Part shown: positions 12,389-29,254 of the stretch, piece after piece | How the letters are laid out: each line of letters opens with the position of its first letter | How positions within the stretch are numbered: the first letter of the stretch is position 1 | Origin: Vulcanimicrobiota bacterium | Lineage (GTDB): Bacteria > Vulcanimicrobiota > Vulcanimicrobiia > Eremiobacterales > Eremiobacteraceae | Length of the DNA: 64,000 nt | Direction: 5' to 3' | Assembly: GCA_963805945.1 (NCBI GenBank) | Contig: CAWDVP010000002.1 | Span: forward strand, 128,001 to 192,000 | Position numbers and translations under genes: made by a program | Notes under the pieces: generated by a model | Databases searched by the model: none | What the model saw: only the letters and a program-made list of their open reading frames with translations | What the model was told of the DNA's origin: nothing

Positions 12389-13039
12389 ATCAAGCTCGCG
12401 CCGTTCAACTTCACCAAGATCGCCCTCGGCCTGTATCGCAACACGATGAGCCAGCCGCTCGGCGCCGGCGTGCAGGGCGACCTGCTCGCGCAGCTGCACC
12501 GCGAGTATCCCTCGCTCACGCAGATCCCCAACGGCGTGCTGTTCGCCGATTCTGCGAAGGGCCGCTCGCTCGTCGTCGACCAGACACGCATCGAAGCGTC
12601 GGAGAACAGCCCGCACGTCCCTGTGTCGGCGGTGGATCAGATGGGGAGCGATCTGCGCAAGGCGGTGCCGATCATCGATCAAGGTCCGCCGTATCGGCTG
12701 CGGGTCGAAGGCACGGGCACCATCCAGGCGCTCGAAGGCGTGGATCCAGCTGCGGTGCTGCGCGCCTACGCGCCGCCCGACCCGGCGTGGAACGCCATCG
12801 GCGGCACGTGCACGCACAGCTGCGTGCGCTACCTCTTCACCACGGACGCGGGCCTACAGCGCGACGTGCACGTCGAGCCGCTCTTCGCGGTGCACGACAA
12901 GTTCTACGTGATGGTCGTCTCGATGGACGCGGGCCAAGGCGTGGAGTCGCTCGACGACGCGTTGCTGCGCGCGCAGCAGGAAGTCGCCATCATCGAGCGC
13001 CTGAGCGACCGCATCGTCTCCGATCTCGTCGCGCGCTGA
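12389..13039 (+). CDS. Hypothetical protein; probable ATC start at 12389 (first ATG at 12446)
   Basis: AGGAGGT at 12377-12383 precedes an in-frame ATC; GC3-rich codon use from ATC onward. Confidence 0.7.
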   Translation: MKLAPFNFTKIALGLYRNTMSQPLGAGVQGDLLAQLHREYPSLTQIPNGVLFADSAKGRSLVVDQTRIEASENSPHVPVSAVDQMGSDLRKAVPIIDQGPPYRLRVEGTGTIQALEGVDPAAVLRAYAPPDPAWNAIGGTCTHSCVRYLFTTDAGLQRDVHVEPLFAVHDKFYVMVVSMDAGQGVESLDDALLRAQQEVAIIERLSDRIVSDLVAR

Positions 13040-13052
13040 CACCCGCGCACGA

Positions 13053-14600
13053 TCAGTAGTAGGTCACATCCAGCGTCGCCGACGGGAACGACGTCAAGCA
13101 CGTGCTCGACAGGATCACCATGGGATAGATCACCAGATCTTGCTCACCGTCCATGGTTATCCCACGATTCGAAGCCGGCGAGTCCGCCCACGACTGCACG
13201 AGCGTGGTGACGTCGAGGTGCAGGTCAGGGCCTTGGTATGGTCCGTTGCCCATCTGCGATGTCTCACCGAGATTGTCGCCGGGATTCCAGAGGTGGTCCG
13301 CCGCGCCGTAGTGGGCGAGGCAGATCTCTCCGCTGGGGCCGCCCTGCGTCGAGCCTCCCACGAGACTGAGTTGCGCCTGCGCGATGTGATGCCCGCTCAG
13401 CGCGGCGGTGTTGAAGTGCACGTATCCTCTGAAGAGAGAGTTCATGTATTGAGAGACCTGCGTGTGCGCCTGATCGCGCCAGAGATCGGCGTCGTGTTTG
13501 TATCCGACATCGAGGGAGAGGAGGTCCCTGATGAACGGATGGTTGTTCGTATACATATTGTCCTGTACGGACTTGTCCGTCCAGACGAAGAAATCGGCGA
13601 TCATCGTCCCGATGCGATCGGGACTGAACGAGACCTTCTGCGCGATGCCGCCCGCGCCCAAGCACAAGCGCACGCTCTGATTGGACTCGAGTTTTCCGCG
13701 ATACGCGGTGACGGTGAAGCACGCGCCCGGCCGCGGCATATCGAGGACGACGAACTTCCAGCTGGGGTCGGCTTGGTTCGCGAGCGGCTTCGGTGGAGTC
13801 ATCATATGGAGCGCTATCGGACCTGCGGGCGCGGGACCTTGTGCGGGATAGACGTTGTAGCCGTCGATCTTGTCGGAGAACGGATAATCCCAGACCAGCG
13901 CCAGTTTGCCCGCCGGCAATCCGATGTAGCAGGCGAGCGAGCCGGCGCTGCCGCCGTGCGCCTGGCACACCTCTTTGGTGAACGCCTGCGTCAGGTTGAT
14001 CGGCGGCCGCGGCGGTGGCGGCGTGCCGAGGGCGAGGCTCGGCGCTAACTGGACACCGGGCGGTAGTTTCGACGATGGCGACGGCGCGGGCGTGATGGAG
14101 AGATTGGGATTGACGAGCACGATGCTGGGCTTGCTCGTCGGCGGTTTCGTGGGCGGCGCCGTCGGTGGGCTCGTCGGGGGTTTCGTCGCCACAGGTGTTG
14201 GGGTCGGTTTGATACACGTGACGAGCACCTTGACGCTGGCGTTCGCGCTGCCGGGCTTCACGTGCAACGTCTCGGTCTCCACGCCCGCTTGCGGCGCGGT
14301 CACGGTGATGGAGTCGAGCACGGTGATCTTGCCGACTGCAGGTATGGTCGCCGCGGTCCACGGCAGCGACGCCGGCACGCCGCCGACGATGCGCGATATC
14401 TGATAGCTGAGGCTGTCACCGGGGTCGCCGGTTATCGCGCCCGTGTACTTGATCGTCGTCGGGCACGGGCCGTTGTACGAAGCCGGACTGGCCGCGAGCG
14501 TGACGGTGAACGAGAATGGTTTTGCCGAGGCCGTCGGCGCGCTGCAGAACGCGGCGATCAGCATCGCTGCGACGAGACAGCCGAGTGTCAACGATCTCAT
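13053..14600 (-). CDS. Secreted multidomain protein: Ig-like N-terminus, Pro/Thr linker, C-terminal DNRLRE-like domain
   Basis: Signal peptide, PPT repeats, DVTTLVQSW...NRGI C-terminal signature. Confidence 0.65.
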   Translation of the reverse strand: MRSLTLGCLVAAMLIAAFCSAPTASAKPFSFTVTLAASPASYNGPCPTTIKYTGAITGDPGDSLSYQISRIVGGVPASLPWTAATIPAVGKITVLDSITVTAPQAGVETETLHVKPGSANASVKVLVTCIKPTPTPVATKPPTSPPTAPPTKPPTSKPSIVLVNPNLSITPAPSPSSKLPPGVQLAPSLALGTPPPPRPPINLTQAFTKEVCQAHGGSAGSLACYIGLPAGKLALVWDYPFSDKIDGYNVYPAQGPAPAGPIALHMMTPPKPLANQADPSWKFVVLDMPRPGACFTVTAYRGKLESNQSVRLCLGAGGIAQKVSFSPDRIGTMIADFFVWTDKSVQDNMYTNNHPFIRDLLSLDVGYKHDADLWRDQAHTQVSQYMNSLFRGYVHFNTAALSGHHIAQAQLSLVGGSTQGGPSGEICLAHYGAADHLWNPGDNLGETSQMGNGPYQGPDLHLDVTTLVQSWADSPASNRGITMDGEQDLVIYPMVILSSTCLTSFPSATLDVTYY

Positions 14601-14684
14601 GTCAACGCTCCTAGCGCGAGCTTCACAAAAGGCCCGAGATCTCTGACCTGGTAACGCCGCCTGGCCCTATTTCGTTCCCGCAGA

Positions 14685-16169
14685 CTACGCCTTGAACAGC
14701 TCGATCGGCTTCGTCCCGGTGTACATGGTGACGCCCTTCGTCTCCGTGTAGAGGTCCAGCGTCTCCATGCTGAGCTCGCGGCCGAACCCCGATTGCTTGT
14801 AGCCGCCGAACGGCACGCCGGGGAAGATCGATATCGGCGAGTTGATGGCCACGCCGCCGGCCTTGAGCGCCGCCGCCACCCGCGCGGCGCGGCCCGCATC
14901 GCGCGTCCATACCGACGCCGCGAGACCGTACATCGAGTCGTTGGCCATCGCCACGCCTTCCGCTTCGTCCTTGAACGTCGTCACGACCGCCACCGGTCCA
15001 AAGATCTCTTCCTGCGCGACGCGCATCGAGTTGCCCACCTTGTCGAGCACCGTCGGGTTGAGGAAGTTGCCCTTGGCCAGCGGCCCGTCCGGCCGCGTGC
15101 CGCCGCACGCGACGACCGCGCCCTCTTGCGCGCCGATACCGACGTAGCCCTCGATCTTCTCGAGCTGCTTGCGCGAGATGATCGCGCCGATCTGCGTCGC
15201 GGCATCCAGCGGATCACCGACGCGCAGCGCCTTCGTCTTGGCCACGAACTTGTGCATGAAATCTTCGTAGACGCGCTCATGCAATAGGATGCGCGAGCGG
15301 GCGTCGCAGGATTGGCCGGCGTTGTAGAAGATCGCATGGAGCGCACCGGCGACTGCGGCATCGACGTCCGCATCTTCGAACACGACGTTCGGCGATTTGC
15401 CGCCGAGCTCGAGCGTCAGGCGCTTGATCGTGCCCGCGGCGAGGGCCATGATGGTGCGGCCGGTCGAGGTCTCACCGGTGAACGCGACCTTGTCGACGCC
15501 TTCGTGCGCGGCGAGGTGCGCGCCGATCGTCGCGCCAGGCCCCGGCAGCACGTTGACGACGCCCGGTGGACAGCCGGCCTCGAGGCAGATCTGACCGAGC
15601 ATGATCGCGGTGATCGGCGTCGGGCTCGCGGGTTTGAGCACGATCGTGCAGCCCGCCGCCAGCGCGGGGGCCACCTTCCACGACGCCATGAGCAGCGGGT
15701 AGTTCCACGGCACGATCTGCGCGCAGACCCCCACCGGCGCCTTGAGCGTATAATTGAAAAAATTCGGCGGCGCTGGTATGGTCGCGCCCATGATCTTGGT
15801 GACGGCGCCGCCGTAGAACTCGAAGTCCTCGATGACCTGGCCGATCTCCGCCTTGGCCCCGGTGATCGTCTTGCCGCCGTTGAGCGACTCCATGCGGGCG
15901 AGGTCGTCGATGTGTTCGCTGATGAGGTTGGCGATCTTGAACAGCACGCGTGCTCGGCGCGCCGGCGGCATGGTCGCCCATTTGCCGTCGAGCGCTTTGC
16001 GTGCCGCCGCCACCGCCGCGTCGGCGTCGTGGATGCCGGCGGACGCGACGTCGGCGATGGTCTCGTTCGTCGCCGGGTTGAGGCAGGCGAACGTCTCGCC
16101 TGATTGCGCGGGCACGGATTCGCCGTTGATGAGCAGGTCGTAATGTGTGCGCTCGAGAGCGGTGGCCAT
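14685..16169 (-). CDS. NAD(P)-dependent aldehyde dehydrogenase
   Basis: PWNYP, FTGETSTG, LELGGKSP, AGQSC, EEIFGP, PFGGYKQSG. Confidence 0.95.
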   Translation of the reverse strand: MATALERTHYDLLINGESVPAQSGETFACLNPATNETIADVASAGIHDADAAVAAARKALDGKWATMPPARRARVLFKIANLISEHIDDLARMESLNGGKTITGAKAEIGQVIEDFEFYGGAVTKIMGATIPAPPNFFNYTLKAPVGVCAQIVPWNYPLLMASWKVAPALAAGCTIVLKPASPTPITAIMLGQICLEAGCPPGVVNVLPGPGATIGAHLAAHEGVDKVAFTGETSTGRTIMALAAGTIKRLTLELGGKSPNVVFEDADVDAAVAGALHAIFYNAGQSCDARSRILLHERVYEDFMHKFVAKTKALRVGDPLDAATQIGAIISRKQLEKIEGYVGIGAQEGAVVACGGTRPDGPLAKGNFLNPTVLDKVGNSMRVAQEEIFGPVAVVTTFKDEAEGVAMANDSMYGLAASVWTRDAGRAARVAAALKAGGVAINSPISIFPGVPFGGYKQSGFGRELSMETLDLYTETKGVTMYTGTKPIELFKA

Positions 16170-16183
16170 GTATCGGTCTCCTT

Positions 16184-16210
16184 CGGCCGACCTAAAGGTC
16201 GGCCGCTACA
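16184..16210 (-). repeat. REP-like palindrome, GTAG class
   Basis: TGTAG-CGGCCGACC-TTTA-GGTCGGCCG. Confidence 0.85.
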
Positions 16211-16222
16211 TATGTGTCGTTC

Positions 16223-17434
16223 TTAGGGGCGTTCGACGATCGTCGCGATGCCTTGGCCGACCCCGATGCACATCGTCGCCAGGCCGCGGCGCGCCTCGCG
16301 CGCGCGCATCGCGTGCAGCAGCGTGACGAGGATGCGCGCACCGCTGCAGCCGAGCGGGTGGCCGAGCGCGATCGCCCCGCCGTTGACGTTGACGCGCTGG
16401 GGAGGCAACTCGAGCTCGCGCACGCACGCGAGCGATTGCGCGGCGAAGGCCTCGTTCAATTCGATGAGATCGATGTCGTCGACGCGCAGGCCCGCGCGCG
16501 CGAGCGCCTTCTGCGTGGCGGGGATCGGCCCGAGCCCCATGCAGTTGGGATCCACCCCTGCGACGGCGGAGGTCACGATGCGCGCCATCGGCTGCAGGCC
16601 GCGCCGTTTCGCCTCGTCCGCCGCCATGAGCACCACGCCCGCGGCGCCGTCGTTGATCCCGGCCGAATTGCCGGCAGTGACGGTGCCGCCTTCGCGGAAC
16701 GCGGGCTTGAGTTTCGCCAGCTGTTCCATGCTGGTGTCGGGCCGCACGTGTTCGTCCACTAAGAACATGTCCATCTCGGCGTTCTTCGTCTTGCCGTTGC
16801 GCGGCACGGGCACGCCGATGAGCTCTGCGGCGAACGCGCCGCCGCGTTGCGCGGCGCCGGTCTTCTGGTGGCTCGCGAGCGCGAACTCGTCTTGCTCCTG
16901 GCGGCCGATGCGATAGCGCTCGGCGACGTTTTCGGCGGTCTCGCCCATCGAGATCGGCGGATAGCCCGCCGCCGTGAGCTTCGGATTGTACATGCGCGCG
17001 CCGAGTGTGGTGTCGAACAGCTGCGGTGCACGGGCGAATTCCGCTTCCGGCTTCGGCATCACGTACGGTGCGCGCGTCATGCTCTCCACCCCGCCCGCCA
17101 AGAACACATCGCCCGCATCGCAGGCGATGGCTTGCGCCGCGAAGTTGATCGCCTGCAGGCCGGAGCCGCACAGGCGGTTCACCGTCGCGCCGGCGACCGA
17201 ATCGGGGAATCCCGCCGCGAGCACGGACATGCGCGCGACGTTGCGATTGTCCTCACCGGCCTGGTTGCTGCAGCCCCATACGACGTCCTCGACGTCGCCC
17301 GGCTCGATGCCGGCGCGCTCGACGAGGGCACGCAGGACGAGCGCCGACATATCATCCGGACGCACGCGCCGCAACGCGCCCCCGTATTTGCCGATGGGAG
17401 TGCGGGCGGCGCCGACGATGACGACTTCGCGCAT
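16223..17434 (-). CDS. Acetyl-CoA C-acyltransferase (PaaJ/PcaF-like thiolase)
   Basis: NQAGEDNRNVAR, NRLCGSG, NEAFA, GHPLG, CIGVGQG. Confidence 0.93.
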   Translation of the reverse strand: MREVVIVGAARTPIGKYGGALRRVRPDDMSALVLRALVERAGIEPGDVEDVVWGCSNQAGEDNRNVARMSVLAAGFPDSVAGATVNRLCGSGLQAINFAAQAIACDAGDVFLAGGVESMTRAPYVMPKPEAEFARAPQLFDTTLGARMYNPKLTAAGYPPISMGETAENVAERYRIGRQEQDEFALASHQKTGAAQRGGAFAAELIGVPVPRNGKTKNAEMDMFLVDEHVRPDTSMEQLAKLKPAFREGGTVTAGNSAGINDGAAGVVLMAADEAKRRGLQPMARIVTSAVAGVDPNCMGLGPIPATQKALARAGLRVDDIDLIELNEAFAAQSLACVRELELPPQRVNVNGGAIALGHPLGCSGARILVTLLHAMRAREARRGLATMCIGVGQGIATIVERP

Positions 17435-17463
17435 TGATATCCTTAGGAGATGGCAGGGGGTTT

Positions 17464-18003
17464 ATGGAAGCGGGTTTCGTGACGAAAGTGCTAGGGACCC
17501 GCCGCATCTACGAGGGCCGCATCCTCAACGTGCGCGCCGACGACGTGGAACTGCCCAACGGGCATCGCTCCACCTTCGAGATCGTCGAGCATAACGGCGG
17601 CGTGTGCGTCATCGCGCAACCGCGGCCCGCGACCATCGTGCTGGTGCGCCAGTATCGGCCTGCGATCGGCCGCTTCCTCTTGGAGGTGCCGGCGGGCAAG
17701 CTCGACGGCGGCGAAGATCCGCTCGAGTGCGCGCGCCGCGAGCTGGTCGAGGAGACGGGTTACCGCTGCGAGCGTCTGCGCAAGCTGTGGACCTTCTATA
17801 CCGCGCCGGGTTTCTGCAGCGAACTGCTCCATCTGTTCGTGGCCGAGGGGTTGCAGGCTGGCGAAGCGCAGCCCGAAGACAACGAGTCCATCGACGTCGA
17901 GGTGCTGCCCGTGGCGCATGCGTGGTCGATGGTGGAGCGCGGCGAGATCCCGGACGCGAAGACGCAGATCGCGCTGGCGTGGGCGCGCGCTCGATCTAAG
18001 TGA
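17464..18003 (+). CDS. NUDIX hydrolase (ADP-ribose pyrophosphatase, NudF-like)
   Basis: Nudix box GKLDGGEDPLECARRELVEETG; RQYR; DAKT. Confidence 0.9.
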   Translation: MEAGFVTKVLGTRRIYEGRILNVRADDVELPNGHRSTFEIVEHNGGVCVIAQPRPATIVLVRQYRPAIGRFLLEVPAGKLDGGEDPLECARRELVEETGYRCERLRKLWTFYTAPGFCSELLHLFVAEGLQAGEAQPEDNESIDVEVLPVAHAWSMVERGEIPDAKTQIALAWARARSK

Positions 18004-20211
18004 CGCACAGGTCGCGAATCTTTCTCCTCGGGGCCCTGACCGGGCTCGCGCTTCTGGGCGCCGCAGTACCTTCCGCGAGTGATCAAGCTGTGGTGCCGCG
18101 CGCGAGCCTCCGGCCGAGCTCGACGCGATATCTGTCGACGTCTACGGCTCGAGGATCGCTTGAGATCTCAACCCGACGACGGCGCCCGTTTCGTATAACC
18201 CGATAGGCGTCTTCTTTCTTATCCGGGAAAAAGATGGAAGCCAGAGCGAGCAGCGCATGATAATGGGCTTTACGAGGATTCCGACGTCGACGACGATCCC
18301 GCCGGGCGAGCAACGTTCTTTCGACATCCGATTGCCTGGCTGCCAAGTGCTCAGCGATCCATGTACCGAGCGCGTCGCGATCAAGGTGATCCTGAATGAA
18401 AATGATCCGCGCGCATTCCAGGCTGTGATAAGTGAGGAAGAATCCTATCAATTCGTGCCCGGCCCCACGGCGACGTTTGAAATCACTGATCTCAGAGGAA
18501 ACAGACCGGTTCTCGTCACGCAGGGCGATGCGCATGGTAGCCTCCGGCAAGACGTGCTGCGAGTCGCTTTCGCAACGATGCCCGGACCGCCAGCGGCAAT
18601 CCCGAACCTGAGCGATGTGTTCTCCAGTCGAGGACTCGAGGTGAAGTCATGGGGAGGCGGTGACAACACGGCATCCGTCGATATCGGCGGCGTGGTGTCT
18701 CCCGCGAACCAAGCGGTCGTCGATGCGGCGATCGGCGATGTCGAGCGCGCGAATCGCGGCGCCACACTCGTGACACGAGCGTACATGCAGGCCTCGGATG
18801 CTTTCGATCCACTGATCACCACTTCGCGCGACGGAGACGAGGCAGCGGCGAATCGGCTCGCGCGACTGTTAGACGCCTCGCCGGTCCACGGCGTCTCATT
18901 GCTCGGCGACAACACGCAGGTGCTCTTGCCCGCACGGGATTATTCGGCGCCTAACCTTGGGTCTCATGGACGGATATCATATCCGATGACGCGACTCAAA
19001 AGCGGTTACAGCGGTCGACTCCAGGGGCGGTCGAAGTGCGAGTCCGCGTGGCCAGCGCGTACGTCGGCGCCACGGCAACAGCCGGCCAGGGTAACAAGCG
19101 CTTTGAGGGGCTTACCGCCACGGACGCCAGCGGCGTTCCCACCGAGATGACGCCGATCCCGATCTACGTGTCGATCGAGGCCGATCGGCCGGAGATCTTC
19201 GCGATCGCCGCGAGCCGGCGCGCGGCCGCCGAGCGCCTCGGTTACGATGCGGACGCCCTCGCTTTGTTGTCCGCCCAAGATCGCGTTCGCACATTGGCTC
19301 AAGCGCTTGGCGTGCACGTCTCCTTGGTCACGCTCGTCGCGCAATACCCTGATAGTGAGATGTCCGAGCACGATCCAGTCGCGACGCTCGGCGTGGCGAT
19401 GCCGATAGATAATGAACGCTCGGCCGTGTGGCGTGCGCTCGCCTCCGCTCCCACGCCAACGCTGGGCATACAGCCATACCTGGCAACTCCGCCGCCGAGT
19501 ACGCAGCTTCGCCTTGTTCCTGTTCCTCGACCCACTCCCACGCAGCCCGTCCGCGCACAGTCTGTCGCCCAGCGGCCCGACGTGGTGCCGATCGTCGTTC
19601 CGGGCGCCGCAACCACGCTGTCCGCCGTCAGTGACGTCACGCTCAAACAACATGCCGACTCGGTGCGCCTGGACATCCGGCTTAACGGCGATTACTCGGC
19701 TGACTCGAAGTCAGTCGAGGACGTCGGACCGTCGGAAGTCGTGCGGCGGCTCCGTGCACAGCCTCTCGTCCTTGACGCTCGCGCGGAACGATTTCCGAAC
19801 GAACTGCTTATCGGCTACGAACTGGTCGTGCGCACGCGCGATCCTTCGGTCGTCCGAAAGTTGGTGAACCTCACCCGGGCTTCGTACACGGGAACTCGCT
19901 TCACGCTCTTGACCGCCGTCGCCAACGTTGTCGGAGACTGCCACGACTCGATGGCGCAAGCCATGAGCGCCTCGGTCTCGCAAGCGACGCAACAGGCTAT
20001 CACCGCCGCACGAGCTGAACAGCGCACGCTGAGGAGCCTTGTTCTTGCTGCAACATATCCGACAGGACTTGGCGACGCATGCGTCGCCGACGCGAGCCTT
20101 AGCCCGCTCGATAGAGCGACCGATGAGGAGATACACATGCCCGACGTCAGCTCGGTGCCGATCGGCGCGTCGGTGAAACTGGTTTTCCGGACGACTGTCC
20201 CGGCGCACTAG
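18000..20211 (+). pseudogene. Large secreted protein with degenerate SIMPL-like segments, broken into 3 frames (pseudogene or assembly errors)
   Basis: Signal peptide at 18000; in-frame TGA at 18161 upstream of ORF 18257; frame switch near 18960 into ORF 19036-20211; atypical codon use. Confidence 0.5.
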
Positions 20212-20239
20212 CGCCAAACCCTTTTCGCGGTCGTTCGGC

Positions 20240-20770
20240 CTAGAAGTTCGCGCGCACCCGTTTGTCGCACGCGTCGCAGAAGTAGTTCTGCTTGCCGTCC
20301 GTGTCGTAGATCGAGTGGCTGTAGTACATCGCGCAGCGCGCGTTGTAGCAATGCTTCAGCCCGAAGGCGTGGCCGAGCGCGTGCACGCATTCCTTGAGCA
20401 CGCGGTCGAAGAAGACCGCCTCGTCCGGCGCCGAGTTGTAGAACTCGGGCCGCAGCCGGTACGTCGAGACCACCGCGATGCGATCGGCGTCGTTGGCGTC
20501 GCCGAAGATGAAGTTGTGCGAGGTCTTGTAGAGATCGTCGCCGATCACGCCGAGGACGAAGCCTTCGCGCTGCGGCATCGCGGCCATCATCTTGTTGAAC
20601 ACGGTGGTGAGGAAGAACTGGCGCCGCGTCGAGTTGGCCAGCGACGGCGAGAGGGTGAGCGGCTTTTCGATTGCGAACTTGTGGAGGAATCGCTCCTCCA
20701 GGCAGGGAGCCAGACGTTCGCAGAAATCGTTGGCGACGTTGTTCATGGGAACGAGGCCTATCTTTTCCAC
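20240..20770 (-). CDS. Archaemetzincin (peptidase M54) family protein, catalytic Glu replaced
   Basis: DLY...NFIFG, KECVHALGHAFGLKHC...CAM.YS....DTDGK...C..C. Confidence 0.85.
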   Translation of the reverse strand: MEKIGLVPMNNVANDFCERLAPCLEERFLHKFAIEKPLTLSPSLANSTRRQFFLTTVFNKMMAAMPQREGFVLGVIGDDLYKTSHNFIFGDANDADRIAVVSTYRLRPEFYNSAPDEAVFFDRVLKECVHALGHAFGLKHCYNARCAMYYSHSIYDTDGKQNYFCDACDKRVRANF

Positions 20771-20836
20771 GGCTTCTGACCTTCCACTCGTCTCTTCGAA
20801 GTCCTTCGCACGCGCATCGGTGGGAGTCGCACGACA

Positions 20837-21249
20837 ATGATAATCGGATTGGGTACCGACGTCGCCGAAGTCGATCGCTTCAAATTCGGCGCGGAGCAGC
20901 TCGCGCGCTTCGCCAAGAAGGTATTCACGCCGGAAGAGATGGCGCACGCGCTGCGGCATCGCCACTTCGCCGAGCGGCTCGCCGGCGCGTTCGCGGCCAA
21001 GGAGGCGACGCGCAAGGCGTTCGGCCACGCGATCCCATGGCGGCTCGTCGGCGTGCGCCACGAACGCAGCGGCAAGCCGTACGTCGCGCTGTCGGGCCGG
21101 GCGGAGCGCCTGCCCGCGTTGCGCGGCGTCAGCCGCATGCACCTCACGATCTCGCACAGCCGCTCCAACGCCGTCGCGACGGTGATCCTCGAAGCCGACG
21201 AACTCGTGACCATGCCCATCGGGCACGCCGTCGCGGAAGCGGTGGCTCG

Positions 21250-21253
<4 letters not shown>
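20837..21253 (+). CDS. acpS: Holo-ACP synthase
   Basis: IIGLGTD, FAAKEA..KA, GKP, LTISHS. Confidence 0.93.
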
Positions 21254-24833
<3,580 letters not shown>

Positions 24834-24841
24834 GGGGCAGC

Positions 24842-25270
24842 ATGTCGAGAAAAACCGGAGCCGTGATCGTCGCGCTCGTCGCAGCCGCCGCGTCATTCTT
24901 CCTCACCCGCGTCCTGTGGCCGGATCCGCCGGGTATGCCGGGACCGCCACCGGATCTGCTGCCGGTCTTCATCGGCGTCAGCATCGTGGAATCGCTCGCC
25001 TTCGGCGCGGGCGTCGCATTCCTCATCTTCGCGTACCCGCTCATACGGGCAGGTACGACCTCGGCGGGGCTCGCGCTGGCGACGTACCTCGCGATCGGCT
25101 GGACGCTGGTGAATTGGTGGCCGCACGACAATCTGCATCGCGTCGTCGGCATGGATTTCCCGAGACTCGCGGGCATTGAGATCGGCTTCCACGTTACACT
25201 TATCGCGGCCGCCCTCGTCATCGCGTTCTACTTCGTCGACGTGATGCGGCGCGCGCGAGCGGCTGCGTAG
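24842..25270 (+). CDS. Hypothetical 4-TM membrane protein
   Basis: Four hydrophobic segments; NWWPHDNLH loop. Confidence 0.75.
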   Translation: MSRKTGAVIVALVAAAASFFLTRVLWPDPPGMPGPPPDLLPVFIGVSIVESLAFGAGVAFLIFAYPLIRAGTTSAGLALATYLAIGWTLVNWWPHDNLHRVVGMDFPRLAGIEIGFHVTLIAAALVIAFYFVDVMRRARAAA

Positions 25271-25289
25271 CGGCCAAGAAGGAAAGAGC

Positions 25290-25315
25290 GGCCGACCTGA
25301 AGGTCGGCCCCTCCA
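25290..25315 (-). repeat. REP-like palindrome, GGAG head
   Basis: TGGAG-GGGCCGACC-TTCA-GGTCGGCC between convergent genes. Confidence 0.85.
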
Positions 25316-25334
25316 TTTCCGCTCCCGGCGGGAG

Positions 25335-26063
25335 CTAGTGGTTGTCGTAGAGCTTCACGTGGCCGATGTTGTTGGCCCAGTACCAGCAGCGCTCGATCGC
25401 GTAGCCGATGTAGTTGATGACCGTCATCTCGAACGCTCTGCCTTGCGGGAACAACGCGACGATGATCAAGATGAAGATGACGTAGGACGTCACGCCGAGC
25501 GATCCCCAGAACTTCGTCGACTGCGAGGCTTGGGCGTTGGCGCGCAGCGGTGCGGGTTCGAAGTAGCGACGGCGCGGTTCTTGCGCGATCACCGACGGGC
25601 GATAGTCTTGCGCATGTGCCGCGGCCTGCGGCGTGCGGACGTAGCCGCCCTGGATGTAGCCGGTCTGCTGGTTGCTGATCTGGTCGGCGGCCAGGCTGCG
25701 CGAGGCGAGCGGCTCCATGTCCTCGCTTGGACCACCGAGCATCTTGGCGATCTTGCGTTTGCCGTCATCGTTGAGGTCGACGAAATCGGCGATAGTGCGG
25801 TAGCCGCCGTGCTCTCCCATCGGCGTCTGCGATTTCACCTTGATCAAGCCGCGCGCGGCGGAGTTGATGCTGCGCATGTCGATCGTGGTGAACAGCACGG
25901 TGCCTTCTGGCACTTCGACGTTGAACGTCGCCACAAGACCCTTCTCATCGAGATGGGTCGCCTTGCCGACGAGGTCCAGATGGTGCTCCGCGTTCCGCGC
26001 GGTGATCGACACCGGGAGCGATAAGGCGACGGGGAGCTCGCCGGTATCTAAAGCTTCAGCCAT
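25335..26063 (-). CDS. Membrane-anchored protein with degenerate PilZ-like N-terminal domain
   Basis: LPVSI...GKATHLDEKGL...GY...FVDLNDDGKRKI pattern follows PilZ topology; C-terminal TM. Confidence 0.55.
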   Translation of the reverse strand: MAEALDTGELPVALSLPVSITARNAEHHLDLVGKATHLDEKGLVATFNVEVPEGTVLFTTIDMRSINSAARGLIKVKSQTPMGEHGGYRTIADFVDLNDDGKRKIAKMLGGPSEDMEPLASRSLAADQISNQQTGYIQGGYVRTPQAAAHAQDYRPSVIAQEPRRRYFEPAPLRANAQASQSTKFWGSLGVTSYVIFILIIVALFPQGRAFEMTVINYIGYAIERCWYWANNIGHVKLYDNH

Positions 26064-26132
26064 GCGAATGCATACCTCTCACTACCTTCATCGGCATTGT
26101 CGAGGTTAGACTTGACCTGAGGGCGGTCTGTT

Positions 26133-29156
<3,024 letters not shown>

Positions 29157-29254
29157 GGAGACGTGACTTCTTCGTCGGGACAGCGTGGATTCCTTAGGAA
29201 TGCGAAAGGCCTGTGTACGAACGCGGGCCTCTGCTCGGTGGATTCAGCCCATGC

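Noticed and set aside
18161..18163. In-frame TGA as selenocysteine or readthrough
   Set aside because: No redox motif context or evident SECIS, and the gene has other frame breaks.
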